A stretch of 63,685 nucleotides of DNA, filler included, from Pirum gemmata (taxonomy: Eukaryota): assembly GCA_002812295.1 (NCBI GenBank). It is 25 parts of 25 records of this genome, joined end to end, with 100 filler letters (N's around TTAATTAATTAA, not from the genome) between each part and the next. Parts side by side here need not be neighbours in the genome. Positions count along the whole stretch, not along the records: positions 37,688 to 39,965 come from PDIN01007138.1; positions 40,066 to 42,380 come from PDIN01007139.1; positions 42,481 to 44,769 come from PDIN01007140.1; positions 44,870 to 47,116 come from PDIN01007141.1; positions 47,217 to 50,901 come from PDIN01007142.1; positions 51,002 to 53,291 come from PDIN01007143.1; 19 more parts are not named here. One strand, given 5' to 3'. Positions 39,085 to 52,600 of the stretch are shown in pieces; position 1 is the stretch's first letter; each line of letters opens with the position of its first letter. Under the pieces are notes generated by a model, which did not search any database, had not been told where the DNA came from, and was given only the letters and a program-made list of their open reading frames with translations. Position numbers and translations under genes: made by a program.

Positions 39085-39283
39085 GCGCTGAGAGCCTGAG
39101 AACCAGGAGAACCTGGCGTCACTCCGACCGTCACTCCAGGGTCTAGTGGGAAGGAGGGGGGGGGGGTTCTACNNNNNNNNNNNNNNNNNNNNNNNNNNNN
39201 NNNNNNNNNNNNNNNNNNNNNNNNNNNNNNNNNNNNNNNNNNNNNNNNNNNNNNNNTTTTTTTTTTTCTTTTTTTTTTTTGTT

Positions 39284-39328
<45 letters not shown>

Positions 39329-39524
39329 CCTAAGGTTTTTAGGCCTATCCCCATTTTTTTTTCTTCTTATTTTTTTTCATTTTGAGTATTTATCAGATAT
39401 TGTAATAATAATTTTTAACTTTTTATTGTTATTATTATTTATTATTATCATTATTTAAAAAAATATTGTTATTATTGTCTTTTTTATTATTTGTTGTTTT
39501 ATTGTTATTATCAATATTTGAATC

Positions 39525-39686
39525 ATGGGAGGTGGTAATGCACAAAAATCAGCCACTGCAAGAGCACGCAAACAAAGAGATCAAAAAGGTGAAGCCAAGT
39601 CAATTTTAAAAGATAAAAACAGATCTTCTATTGTTTGTCAAATATGTTTTCAAACTTTTGCTAGTACAATGAATAAAGCTGGATTG
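39525..39686 (+). CDS. First exon of a small ZNF706/At2g23090-like (4F5 + C2H2) protein
   Basis: MGGGNAQKSATARARK...KSILK...IVCQICFQTF followed by a gtaatt donor. Confidence 0.85.
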
Positions 39687-40065
39687 GTAATTTTGAATTA
39701 TTGTTATAGGGGTTAGGTTATAGGGATGAGGTTTAAAGTTAGGGTTAAGGTTAAGGTCAAGGTTAACGTTAAGGTTAAAATGTCTGGGTTAGGGTTATGG
39801 GTTAAGGTTAGGATGAAGAGTTAAGGTTAGGGTTAGCGTTAAGAGTTAAGGTTAGGGGTTAGGGTTAGGGCTTGCGGATTGGGGTTAGGGTTATTTAGGG
39901 TTAGGGTTATTTAGGGTTAGGGTTTTTGGTTTTTTGGTTTTTGGTTTTTGGTTTTTTGGTTTTTTNNNNNNNNNNNNNNNNNNNNNNNNNNNNNNNNNNN
40001 NNNNNNNNNTTAATTAATTAANNNNNNNNNNNNNNNNNNNNNNNNNNNNNNNNNNNNNNNNNNNN

Positions 40066-42110
40066 AATGGTAATAGTAATAATATATTATTAATAATAGT
40101 AATAGTGTTAATTATTTCAATAGTATGATAATATTATTAATAGTAAAATTGGTAACGTTAACGGCAATAATGATAATTGTTATAATATTATAGCAATAGT
40201 AATAATGGTAATAAAGGAACGGTAATAGTAATAATATATATATTAATAGTAATAGTGTTAATTATTTCAATGGTATAATAATATTATCAATAGTGAAATT
40301 GGTAACGTTTTAACGGCAATAATAATAATTGTTATATAGCAATAGTAATAATGGTAATATAGGAATGGTAATAGTAATAATATATTATTAATAATAGTAA
40401 TAGTGTTAATTATTTCAATAGTATGATATTTTATTATTAGTAAAATTGATAACGTTAACGGTAATAATAATTATTAATATTGTTATATAGCAATTAATAG
40501 TAATAATATTATTAATATTAATGGCAATATAGGAATGATAATAGCATCATAATAATATATTAATAGTAATAGTGCTAATTATTTCAATAGTATAATAATA
40601 TTATTAATAGTAAAATTGGAAACGTTTTAACGGCAATAATAGTAATTGTTATATAGCAATAGTAATAATGGTAGTAAAGGAATGGTAATAGTAATAATAT
40701 ATTAAAAGTAACAGTGTTAATTATTTCAATAATATATATAATAATATTATCAATAGTAAAATTGGTAACGTTTTAACGGCAATAATAATAATTGTTATAA
40801 TATAGCAATAGTAATAATGGTAATAAAGGAATGGTAATAGTAATGAAATAATAATAGCAATAGTGTTAATTATTTTAATAGTATAATAATATTACTGTTT
40901 GGTAACGTTTTAACGGCAATAATAATAATTGTTATAATATTAGAGCAATAGTAATAATGGTAATAAAGGAATGGTAATAGTAATAATATATGAATAGTAA
41001 TAGTGTTAATTATTTCAATAGTACAATAATATTAATATTACTAATAGTAAAATTGGTAACGTTAATTAACGTTACGGTACCGGTAATAATAATTATAGTG
41101 ACATAGCAATAGTAATAATGTTAATAATATAGGAATGGTAATAGTAATAATATATTAATAGTACTAGTGTTAATTATTTCAATAGTATATTAATAATAAT
41201 ATTATTAATAGTAAAATTGGTAACGTTTTAATGGTAATAATAATTATAGTTATATAACAATAGTAATAATGGTAATATAGGAATGGTAATAGTAATAATG
41301 TATTTTAATAATCAAAATATAATAATATTATTAATAGTAGTACATGGTAACGTAAAATGTTAACGTTTTAACGGTAATGAAAATTATTATTATAATTATA
41401 GCAATATTAATAGTAATAATATTAATTATATCGGAATGGTAATATTAATTAATAGTATATCGATATTAATAGTATATTAAATTAATAGTAATAGTGTTAA
41501 TTATTTAAATAGTATAATAATATTAATTTTATTAATAGACTTTAATAGTAATGGTAATTTTATAACGTTAAAATAACGGTAATAATATAATTATTGATAT
41601 ACATTATATTATAATATTATAGCAATAGCAATAATGGTAATAAAGGAATGGTAATAGAAATAATATATTTTAATAATTAATAGTAATAGTGTTAATTATT
41701 TAATAGTAAAATTGGTAACGTCACTAACGGTAATAATAATTATAGTTATAATGAATATAGCAATTAATAGTAATAATGGTATATAATTATTGATAATAAT
41801 ATATTGTATTATATAGCAATAGTAATAATGGTAATATAGGAATAGTAATAGAAATAATATATTTTAATTTTTAATAGTAATATTTAATAGTGTTAATTAT
41901 TTTAATAGTGTATTATATAGCAATATAATTAATAGTAGTAATGGTAATAATTATAGGAATGGTAATAGAAATAATATATTTTATTAAAATAGTAATATTT
42001 AATAGTGTTAATTATTTTAATAGTATAATAATATTATTAATAGTAATGGAAACGTTAACGGTAATAATAATTATTGTTATATAGCAATAGTAATAATGGT
42101 AATATAGGAA
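40066..42110 (+). repeat. Degenerate AT-rich tandem satellite, unit ~140-160 bp
   Basis: The block AATAGTGTTAATTATTT...GTAAAATTGGTAACGTT...ATAGCAATAGTAATAATGGTAAT..AGGAATGG recurs more than ten times. Confidence 0.9.
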
Positions 42111-43007
42111 AGTATAGGAATCAATGATAAGGAATGATAATAGTATTATGAACGGTAACAGTAATAGTATTAATTATATATAATTATGATATTAATATTA
42201 ATATTATAAGAGAAATGGCAATATGTGTTATATAATTTTAACTTAGTGATATTAGTAATAGTAATTGTAATTGTAATTGTAATAGTACTAACAATGATAG
42301 TAATAGTGATAGTGATAGAATAGTAATTATAATAGTATTAATAGTATTAATTTTAATTAATAGTAATAATAACAATTAATNNNNNNNNNNNNNNNNNNNN
42401 NNNNNNNNNNNNNNNNNNNNNNNNTTAATTAATTAANNNNNNNNNNNNNNNNNNNNNNNNNNNNNNNNNNNNNNNNNNNNACAAAACAAAACAAAACAAA
42501 AAACAAAACAAAACAAAAAGCAAAACAAAAATAAAAATAAAAACAAAGACAAAGACAAAGACAAAAACAAAACAAACATATTGTATAACAACTAAACAAA
42601 CAAAATAAGAGCTAATAAAATCAATAAAAAAAAAACATATTAACATTTTAATATTATAAAAATATAATAATAATAATAAACAAAACAAAATCAAACAAAA
42701 AACAAAAATCAACAAAAAGCAAAAACAAAAACAAAAAACAAGAAAACTAATATTAATTAAAAAACAATAACATCAAAATGTGTACCTTTTTCTGGTATAT
42801 ATATAAATAAAAAAATGAAAAATAAAATAAAATAAAATAAATAAAATAAAAATAAAGTTTAAGAACGACAACAACAAAAAGAGCAAAAAAACTTTTTATT
42901 TTATTATATTACTTCAAAAAAAAAAAAAAATTAAAAAATTAATATATAATTAACTTTAACTTTTATATTATATATACATATATTGTTTTTATTTATTTTC
43001 TCTCAAA

Positions 43008-44314
43008 ATGCCTCAAGAATTCGAATCTATCAGCGCTACTGAATTTTACGACGAATACGTAAATTCGATCAGAGATTATGAAACAATTGACGTAGATAAT
43101 ATCCACGATAATGATTTCATTTACATTTGTACTCGATCTTTCATCAAAGAGTCTAGAAAAGGTTAAGAGTTAAGAGTTAAGAGTTAAGAGTTAAGAGTTA
43201 AGAGTTAAGAGTTAAGAGTTAAGAGTTAAGAGTTAAGAGTTAAGAGTTAAGAGTTAAGAGTTAAGAGTTAAGNNNNNNNNNNNNNTAAGAGTTAAGAGTT
43301 AAGAGTTAAGAGTTAAGAGTTAAGAGTTAAGAGTTAAGAGTTAAGAGTTAAGAGTTAAGAGTTAAGAGTTAAGAGTTAAGAGTTATAAGAGTTATAAGAG
43401 TTATAAGAGTTAAGAGTTAAGAGTTAAGAGTTAAGAGTTAAGGGTTATAAGGGTTAAGGGAAGAGATTAAGGGTTAGGTTTTATTAATTAAACTATTCTG
43501 TTATTTCTTATTATTATTATGGTACATATTATAAGTGTTTTTTAATTTATTTTGTTAACCTAACTCTAGCCCTAACCTAAAACAGTAAAATAATATAAAT
43601 TTGAACATGTTTATAATAAATAGGAGGCGAGGTGAAAAGCCATACGTTCTGTTTAATTAGAGCTGAAGACGGGGATTTCCAAATTAACGCCGATAGTATA
43701 AGGTATATATATATATATATATAGTAAAAAAACAGTTATTTTCGCCATGGCGAAAATAACTACTTTTTTACTATATATATATATATAGCAAAAATTCGGT
43801 TATTTTCGCCGAATTTTTGCTATATATATATTAATACTTTATTATTCATTATTATTATTATTATTGAGTATACGTAGAATAATAAATAAATATAATTATA
43901 ATTATAATTTTTCATGATAAATGATAAGTAGAATAAATATTTTAAATATTATTTTAAAGAAATAGAAAAATAAATAAATAATAAACAAAATAAATAAATA
44001 AAATATAAAACAATATAAACAATAAAATAATATATATAAATATAATAAACAATATAAATAAAATAATAATAAATAAACAAAACAATATAAATAAATATTT
44101 CTTCAGTGATTTGGTAGCTGATGATTCTGATGTAGAGGAGCTAACACACTTATCTTTGCAATTGGTGTTTGGCTCTTATGAGAAATTCAATTTATTAAGA
44201 ACCGATGCTGATTGTGAGATTGAAGACGAAGGGACTGTAGTTTACAATGTGTCCGAGTTTTTTTATGGAAAACCGAAAAAAATTGGCAAACATGCTAAAC
44301 GCAATGCTTTTTAA
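43008..44314 (+). CDS. Complete 3-exon orphan gene, 146-aa acidic protein (43008-43161, 43624-43702, 44107-44314)
   Basis: AAAATG start and phase-consistent GT-AG introns (154+79+208 = 441 nt). Reads MPQEFESISATEFYDEY...RKG/GEVKSHTFCLIRAEDGDFQINADSIS/DLVADDSDVEEL...KRNAF*. Confidence 0.8.
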
Positions 44315-47300
44315 ACTTTTGCTGATATTGAAATTGATGCTGAAATTGATGCTATACTGATATTGGTATTGGTATTTCTTATAAAAAAAGTCTTAATTTA
44401 TTAAGAATGGATGTTGATTGTGAAATTTAAATTGTTGATTGTGAAATTTAAAAGAAATTTCAGTTTGATTTTTGATTAAAAACTTGTAATTGGTGTTTGG
44501 TTCTTATGCAAAGTTTGATTTATTAAAATTATAATTTGTCAAATGGTTTAATTATTGAGGTTTGTAATAATAATAATAATAAATAAACACAAAATTTCAG
44601 GTAATTTGTTATATTATATTTGAACTTTTATTATCTATATTATATATATATTTTATCCATGACAATTCATGATAATAATATTATACCTGGCATTATTAAA
44701 TAATTAATGATTAATAATTAATAATTAATAATATAGGTGTTACAATATTTTTTAACCATTGTTTAACAGNNNNNNNNNNNNNNNNNNNNNNNNNNNNNNN
44801 NNNNNNNNNNNNNTTAATTAATTAANNNNNNNNNNNNNNNNNNNNNNNNNNNNNNNNNNNNNNNNNNNNTATAAACAACCAAATAAATATTCGGAGTGAC
44901 AAAATAAATAATAAATGAAAAGCACTATAATAAAAGTACATAATATAAGTATAATATAATATACGCTGTTGTAACTTGTAAGTTGTAACCACCTTGATCT
45001 ACAGTCATCTACTACTAGCACCTAACCCTAACCTTAATAACCCTAAGTCCCTAACCCTATCGATAACTAGTTACTAGTAGACTAGCTAGAGACAGATCAA
45101 GATCCTCGGTCAAGATCTCCTAGAGCTAGCTACGATAGCTATCGAAGAACTGATAATAATGAATATCGATAGGATAATATTTTTTAAACATAAAGAAGCC
45201 TGAAAGATCATTGTTCAGAAAGGAGTAATTTACTCATCAATGCCATCATGAATATTAATAGAATATTATATAGGTTTATAACTTAATACTACATTAATAT
45301 TATTGTATGATGATAAAGATGTAGATAGACTACATTAGACTTGGGCTAAATGTATATGTATGGTAGTAATAGGTTCAGGGTTAGGGTCGGGGAAAATTGA
45401 GTTAGGGTTAGGGTTAGTTAGGGTTAGTTGGGGTTAGAGTTAAGATTAGGATTAGGATTAGGGTTAGGATTAGGATTAGGGTTAGGGTTAGGATTAGGGT
45501 TAGGGTTGGGGTTAGGGTATATTTTCAATTTTTCACGATAATTTACTTTTCGCGCTTTTCGCGAATCACTCTCACTCACTCCACTCATGAAAAATATACT
45601 CAGGACCCACGGGCCACTGCTCCACAGTTTTCAAATACTTTTGTCGTTTCAAAATTTTAGTCAATTTTAAACTATCGATAGTTTAGTTCTACTTTTGTGA
45701 AAGTTTTGTCATTTCAAAATCAAAGTTCAAGAGTCAAAAGAATCGAGGAAAGATACCAAAAGATCGTCAAAATCATCTCAAAAATTGTTCAGTTGCAAAA
45801 TTCTGCAAAACTATCATAGCAAAACTATATTGTTTACCCCCGGTATACGGTCACTTGAAGGTCACCTGCCTGAAGGTGGCGGTGGCCATCTGCAAAAGTT
45901 GATGATATGGTAATTATGATACTAAAAGTTTGCAAAACTCGTGCAAATCGTTTTCTAATAAATAAACTTTTTTTTGAGAACTGTTTTAGACTTGTTTTAG
46001 GTAGTTTAGGGCAGGTTAAAGGGTGGGGTAGGAATGCAAGGTCTACCAATGAAAATACTTTTATAGGCTGACACTTTCTGACACTTTTTGAGTCTGACAC
46101 TTTTGCCACCCAGTTTTGGGCCGTGGGATCTTGGGAAAATGTCTATACTCGATTTTTTTTAAAAAAAATGTGTTGTTCAATTTAGCTCGTTTTTATTTTG
46201 ATATTGTTTTACGAACAACTTTCTTTGAATTAATTAATAATAATTTTTTATTTCAGATTGAAAAAACCAAATTTACAATCGAACAGAATATCAAGCCCGA
46301 TATCGAACTGATAAGAATTTTTTGGTATAGCCTTTAAATAATACGTCACGTCAAGGGGTAGGTAGGTAGGTGGTATTTGACCGGAAATTAACGTCGAGGG
46401 GTAGGTAGGTGAAGCTGTATTTGACGGGGAGTTGTCGTTATGTAGTACGGATATTTGAAGTTTGAACCTACCAGGTATAGTACAATATCGTAGACCAAGC
46501 CGGATAAAAATGGGAGTACAAAATGGCGGTATCCACCATATGAGCTCAAAATCCAAAAATATCAAAATGAACCTATTTAAATGAAAGTACTACCAAAATT
46601 TAAAAAGTTTTCTAACCAAAAAAAACTATTATGAGCCAATGGCTATGTTTTAAAAATAATTTGGCAGGTTTTAAGAAAAGAAGTCTAAAAAAATTATTCT
46701 ACAGTTTTACCCGCGGCTTGACTGTTAAAAATTTTTTTTTTCGATTTCAATCTGATAGCTAGCTAGCTAAGCTATACTAGTTACTAGCTCACTCCGAAAA
46801 TTTATTTGGAGGGTTATAATCTTTAAAATGACAATTTTAAATCAATATAAAGATAACAAAATATACCAAATTAGACTAAATGAACTTATATAATATTAAT
46901 TTGGTAGTATTTATTGTATACTTTATAATGACAAAAAAAATGATAGCTAGCTAGTTAGAAAAGGCTAGCTAGCTAGTTAGCTACAGTAGACCCCTCTAAA
47001 TAGACTTATTGTGCTTTTCATTTATTTTGTTTCTCCGGATATTTATTTGGTTGTTTATAATATTAAAATTGATACTTTTAAATAAATAAATATTTAATAA
47101 AATATACCAAATTAAANNNNNNNNNNNNNNNNNNNNNNNNNNNNNNNNNNNNNNNNNNNNTTAATTAATTAANNNNNNNNNNNNNNNNNNNNNNNNNNNN
47201 NNNNNNNNNNNNNNNNCCCCTAACCCCTAACCCTAACTAACTCAAATAAATTTACCATTATAATATCTTTTTGGATGCATATTTTCCCCACTGCCAATAC

Positions 47301-47372
47301 CAGCGAGCTGTTGTTTATAAATCTGTCGCGCGTACACCAACTCTTCTATAGACATCGAACTGATCAATCGAT

Positions 47373-47930
47373 AAATATTAACCTCCCGCCGCTGTCCAAT
47401 CCGGTAAGCCCGATCTTTTTATAACCATAATGACAATTAAAACATGATAATAAAATTAACTATTTTAACCCTAACCCTAACCTTAACCTTACCCTTGACT
47501 ATAGCCTTAACCTTAACCATAGACTTCACCCTAACCCTAACTCCGAAATATTTACCTCTCGCCGCTCTATCTCGATTTTTTTAAAACCATAATGACAATT
47601 AAAACAGGGTAATGAAATTAACTGTTTTAACCCTAACCCTAACCCTAACCTTAACCTTAACCTTAACCTTAACCTTAACTATAACTTTAACCTTAACCCT
47701 AAGCTTAACCCTAACCCGAACTCTGAAATATTTACCTTTCGCCGCTGCCCAATCCAATAAGCTCGATTTTTTTAAAACCATAATGACAATTGAAACAGGA
47801 TAATGAAATTAACTATTTTAACCCTAACCCTAAACCTAACCTTAACCTTAACCTTAACCTTAGCATTAACCTTAACCTTAACCCTAGCTTTAACCCTAAC
47901 CCTAACGCAGAACCTCACGCAGACTCTGTC
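47373..47930 (+). repeat. ~190-bp tandem unit with an internal CCCTAA/CCTTAA block (about 3 copies)
   Basis: AAACCATAATGACAATT.AAACA...AAATTAACT.TTTTAACCCTAACC...GAAATATTTACCT.TCGCCGCT repeats three times. Confidence 0.8.
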
Positions 47931-49499
47931 CCTAATCCTAACCCATGAGCGACTTGATAAAATGTTGTCTCGTTATCTATCTATCCTAACCCTAACCCTA
48001 ACCCTAACCCTAACCCTAACCCTAACCCTATCCCTATCCCTAACTAACCCTGACCCCTTACCTCTTACTCTTAACCCTTAACCCTAACCCTAACCTCTAA
48101 TCCCTAACCCCTAACCCTTAACCCTTAATCCCTAATCCCTAATCCCTAATCCCTAATCCCTAATCCCTAACCATTAACCCTTAACTCCTAACCCTAACCC
48201 CTAACCCGTAACCCTTAACCCTTAACCCCTAACCCTTAACTCGTAACTCGTAACTCGTAACTCGTAACCCATAACCCGTAACCCTTAACCCGTGACCCTT
48301 AACCCGTAACCCTTAACCCTTAACCTTTAACCCTTAACCCTTAAAAAATTCAAAATTCGAACCTTGTGCTTGCAAATCTTGAGTGGGATTCCAATGGGGA
48401 TCAAATATGACAACTTTGTTAGCGCTGGTTATATTCAAACCTAAACAAATAGTGATATTAAAAGAACATATATATATATATTATATATATACCCTAACCC
48501 TAAATAACCCTAACCCCAAACAAAACAAACAAAACAAACAAAACAAACAAAACAAACAAAACAAACAAAACAAACAAAACAAACAAAACAAACAAAACAA
48601 ACAAAACAAACAAAACAAACAAAACANCATGAAAAAGTTTGTAGCTTTTTTTATTTATGATTTTTTTATTTAACATTATTGGGGTTAGGGTTAGGGTTAG
48701 GGTTAGGGTTAGGGTTAAATAATACTTTTGTATAAGGCGGTGATTTATTGTATAAATTACAATGATATATAGAATAAACAAGAAATAAATTCAACTTCAA
48801 TAAAAAAATTTACTATTATTATTATTATTATTATTAATATTATTATTGTATCATTTTGCATTTATTATATTTATTATCACAATCTTGATTATAAGATAAT
48901 TGACAAAAAAAATATGAGCTCGATTTTTTTCCTGCTCATTTTCGAATTTTAGTCAGTTCCACTTATAGTAAAGTGTCGGTGGTGGGGTATTTTTTTTGTA
49001 ATAACCAAAACATTAAATTACTAATCATTGACATTATTACCAAGGAGATGCTGGAAAAACCATCGAAATTATTCAATCTATTTTTAAGTATTGACTTCAC
49101 TTTTGGGATTTTATTAAAAAATTCTTGAACCACCAAATATTCAACTAGATCCCATGGGAGATGCGGGAAAAACTACTGAATCGAGACTAGTTCGAATTTT
49201 TCGAAATTTTTTTGATCTAATTTTAAATATTGACTCACTTTTGATTTCATTAAAGAAATCTTAAAACCTTACAAATTTCATAGAAAAAACTTGAAACTAG
49301 AATATCATTTCAAAATTGTCACTATTTAATAATTAGGATCGAGTTGTTTGATTCGATTATGTTTTCCCGTATCTCCATGGTAGATGAACGAGCGAATCCA
49401 TAGTTTTACCAAAATTGAAGACACGAATTAATAACATGAATTATTTTCAGTTATTTTCAATCATTTTCGACTATTTTTTATCATGTTTTATCTGATCAT

Positions 49500-49740
49500 T
49501 TTTGATAATTTTTGATCATTTAGATCATTTTAGATCATTTTAGATCATTTTAGATCATTTTAGATCACTTTTGATCTGATAATTCATATCACTTAGATCA
49601 TTTTAGATTATTTAATATCATTTTAGATCATTTAGATCATTTTCGATCATTTTCGATCATTTTCGATCATTTTCGATCATTTTCGGTCATTTCGATCATT
49701 TTCGATCATTTTCGATCATTTTCGGTCATTTTCGATCATG
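49500..49740 (+). repeat. 10-bp minisatellite GATCATTTT(A/C)
   Basis: Direct reading. Confidence 0.9.
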
Positions 49741-50049
49741 CTCAATTACATGTGGAATTTTTCCATAGTGTTTGCTTAGTTTGAAAACTGAAATAAACGT
49801 ACCAAATTATTATTATGGTTATAAACTATCAGACATGTTTTAATTAATTTGGTGTTTTATAATTAATGTTGTACTTTATAAACAAGTTCAATTATACACT
49901 TAAACAGTACCAAATTAACCATTGAGAGGACAAATGTAATGAAATAGATGATATATATTATTATAATATTACCACCAGTATTATTATCATTATCACTATA
50001 TATAGCTAGTGTTATCATTCTTATTATAATTATTCTTTTTCAATCATTT

Positions 50050-50661
50050 TCAATCATTATCTTCGTAAAATTTTTCCAATAGCTCTTCCAATTCTACCTG
50101 CTTCATTTTATCTACCTTTTCAGCAAACTGGAGGTTGGAGTCATAATCAAAATGTTTAGCCATTTTTCGAAAAGTAACATGCAATGAAGCACTAGCCTTT
50201 CTTTTTGAAGCATTTTTACTGACGATCTTCTCTTTTTCTGATTATGAATGGCAATTTAAAAAAAATTAACAACCAAAATTTAACACAAAATCAAACAAAA
50301 CACCAAAGAAAGAAAACCACAAATTCCACAAATTCCACAAATTCACAAATTCTACAAATTCTACAAATTCCATAAATCCCACAAATCCCACATATCCCAT
50401 AAATCAAAATCACAAAAACCATAAAAGCCACAAAAACAGGTATATATATATATATACACCCATCACTAAATTCCAAAAATAAAATAAAACCTTCTCTTTC
50501 TTTATCCGCATAATCAGTATACTCCACAATAGCCATTTCTTGAGTATTCTGATTGTTCCTCACCAAAAATTCGGCTCGATCTGTGATTTCTTTTTCGAGC
50601 CGACTCGATCCAATTACTTTTTGAGGTTGGACAATTTCAACTCCAATATCATCGAGCAAAT
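50050..50661 (-). CDS. Last two exons of a hypothetical protein (50661-50491, 50237-50050)
   Basis: tttag acceptor. LLDDIGVEIV...DKERE spliced in phase 1 to EKEKIVSKNASKRKASASLHVTFRKMAKHF...FYEDND*. Confidence 0.65.
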
Positions 50662-52309
50662 CTAAAAAAGAGAAAGTGATTTTAATAATTATTAAACTAC
50701 CATGTACATAAATGCAGAAAATCTACAAAAGGATAGAATTTAGTAAATTTACTAGCTAATCGTAAGATAGAATATTTTTTTGCTCCAAAAAAAATTAGAG
50801 AATTGATGTTCGAAATACGTAACTGTCCTAGATTTGAGCTGTATAGAATATGTTTTTAATAAAAAAAAAAACTACCCAACCCCAACCCCAACCCCAACCC
50901 CNNNNNNNNNNNNNNNNNNNNNNNNNNNNNNNNNNNNNNNNNNNNTTAATTAATTAANNNNNNNNNNNNNNNNNNNNNNNNNNNNNNNNNNNNNNNNNNN
51001 NTAGGCATACATAGTAATAATTATACCCCAAACAAAAAAAAAAGCAACCAATAATAATACTTAAAGTAGTTGTAATAGCATAACTATAGTAGTTGCAATA
51101 GCTATAGTTATTAGTTGCAATAGCTATAGTAGTTACAATAGCTATAGTAGTTGCAATAGCTATAGTAGTTGCAATAGCTATAGTAGTTGCAATAGCTATA
51201 GTAGTTGCAATAGCTGTAGTAGTTGCAATAGCTGTAGTAGTTGCAATAGCTGTAGTAGTTGCAATAGCTGTAGTAGTTGCAATAGCTGTAGTAGTTGCAA
51301 TAGCTGTAGGGGTAGGGGTAGCCATCAAAGAGCCTTGAGTCAATTATCGTAGTCAAAAATAAATTAATCTTCTTTTCTTCAAGAATTCATACTACCAGTA
51401 CCAAATATAGATTTCAATAAATTTTTTTGCAACGTTGGTTTTTTTACGAAGGTGGGGTTATAACAACAACAATATAACAATATAACAATATAACAATATA
51501 ACAATATAACAATATAACAATATAACAATATAACAATATAACAATATAACAATATAACAATATAACAATAATATAACAACAATATAACAACAATATAACA
51601 ACAATATAACAACAATATAACAACAATATAACAATTTAACAATGCATAGCAGTAGTAGCATAGCTATAGTTAGTTAGCTAGCCAGCTAGCCTTTATTGTC
51701 CAGATCTCAAGGTAGCTATTTTTATAACTGAGTTAGCTAGCATTGTTCCCGATCTAGCTAGCTCAGTTATAAAAATAGCTATGATAGCTAGGCTAACCAG
51801 CTAGACTAACCAGCTAGGCTAACCAGCTAGACTAACCAGCTAGGCTAACCAGCTAGCCTTTATTGTCCAGATCTCAAGTTAGCTAGCATTGTTCCCGATC
51901 TAGCTAATATTATTGTTATTATTTATTTTCATTGTTTATTGTTGTATAAATAGAAATGAAAATTACATCAAATTAATAAAATTACCCAATTTTTCAACTA
52001 AATCAAAAACCATACCTCATTAATAATTTTTCACTTTAAAGATTTAAAATTTATACAACAATAAATAATGAAAATAAATAATAACAATATATATAATTAA
52101 TATTATATTATTAAATAATAACAAACAATAACTAATAAATAAATAATAATAAATTACTATTATTATTATTATTATTAGTATTATTATCATAAAATAACAA
52201 AACTGAAAAGTGTAAAATCTACAAAAATAGACTAATATATATATATATATTTCTTCACGCACAACCATGATACTAATATCACTTGTCAGAATGCTATAAT
52301 CTGGTGAGT

Positions 52310-52600
52310 TGACTTCTGCGGAAAAAGCACTCTCTGATAAAGTTTACCATCTGTTTGACACCTTCTACTATCACTTATGCTATTAACAACACAAGTTTTC
52401 ATGATCTGCGAGAGTGATTGTCATTATCTGGCGTCTAAAAGAGAAATGACTGCTTTTCAAGCTATTCTAACGGATTTTGATAGAAAAACTAAAGGCAATC
52501 GTTTCTTTGTACATGATAGTGGAAGGTGTCAAACAGAGGGTAAGAATAGACATGGCTATGGTTTTAGCTTTATCAGAGAGTGCTTTTTCCGCAGGAGTCA
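52310..52600. mobile_element. Foldback element with bipartite TIRs
   Basis: Outer pair TGACTTCTGCGGAAAAAGCACTCTCTGATAAAG / CTTTATCAGAGAGTGCTTTTTCCGCAGGAGTCA. Inner pair TCTGTTTGACACCTTCTACTATCA / TGATAGTGGAAGGTGTCAAACAGA. Confidence 0.85.
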
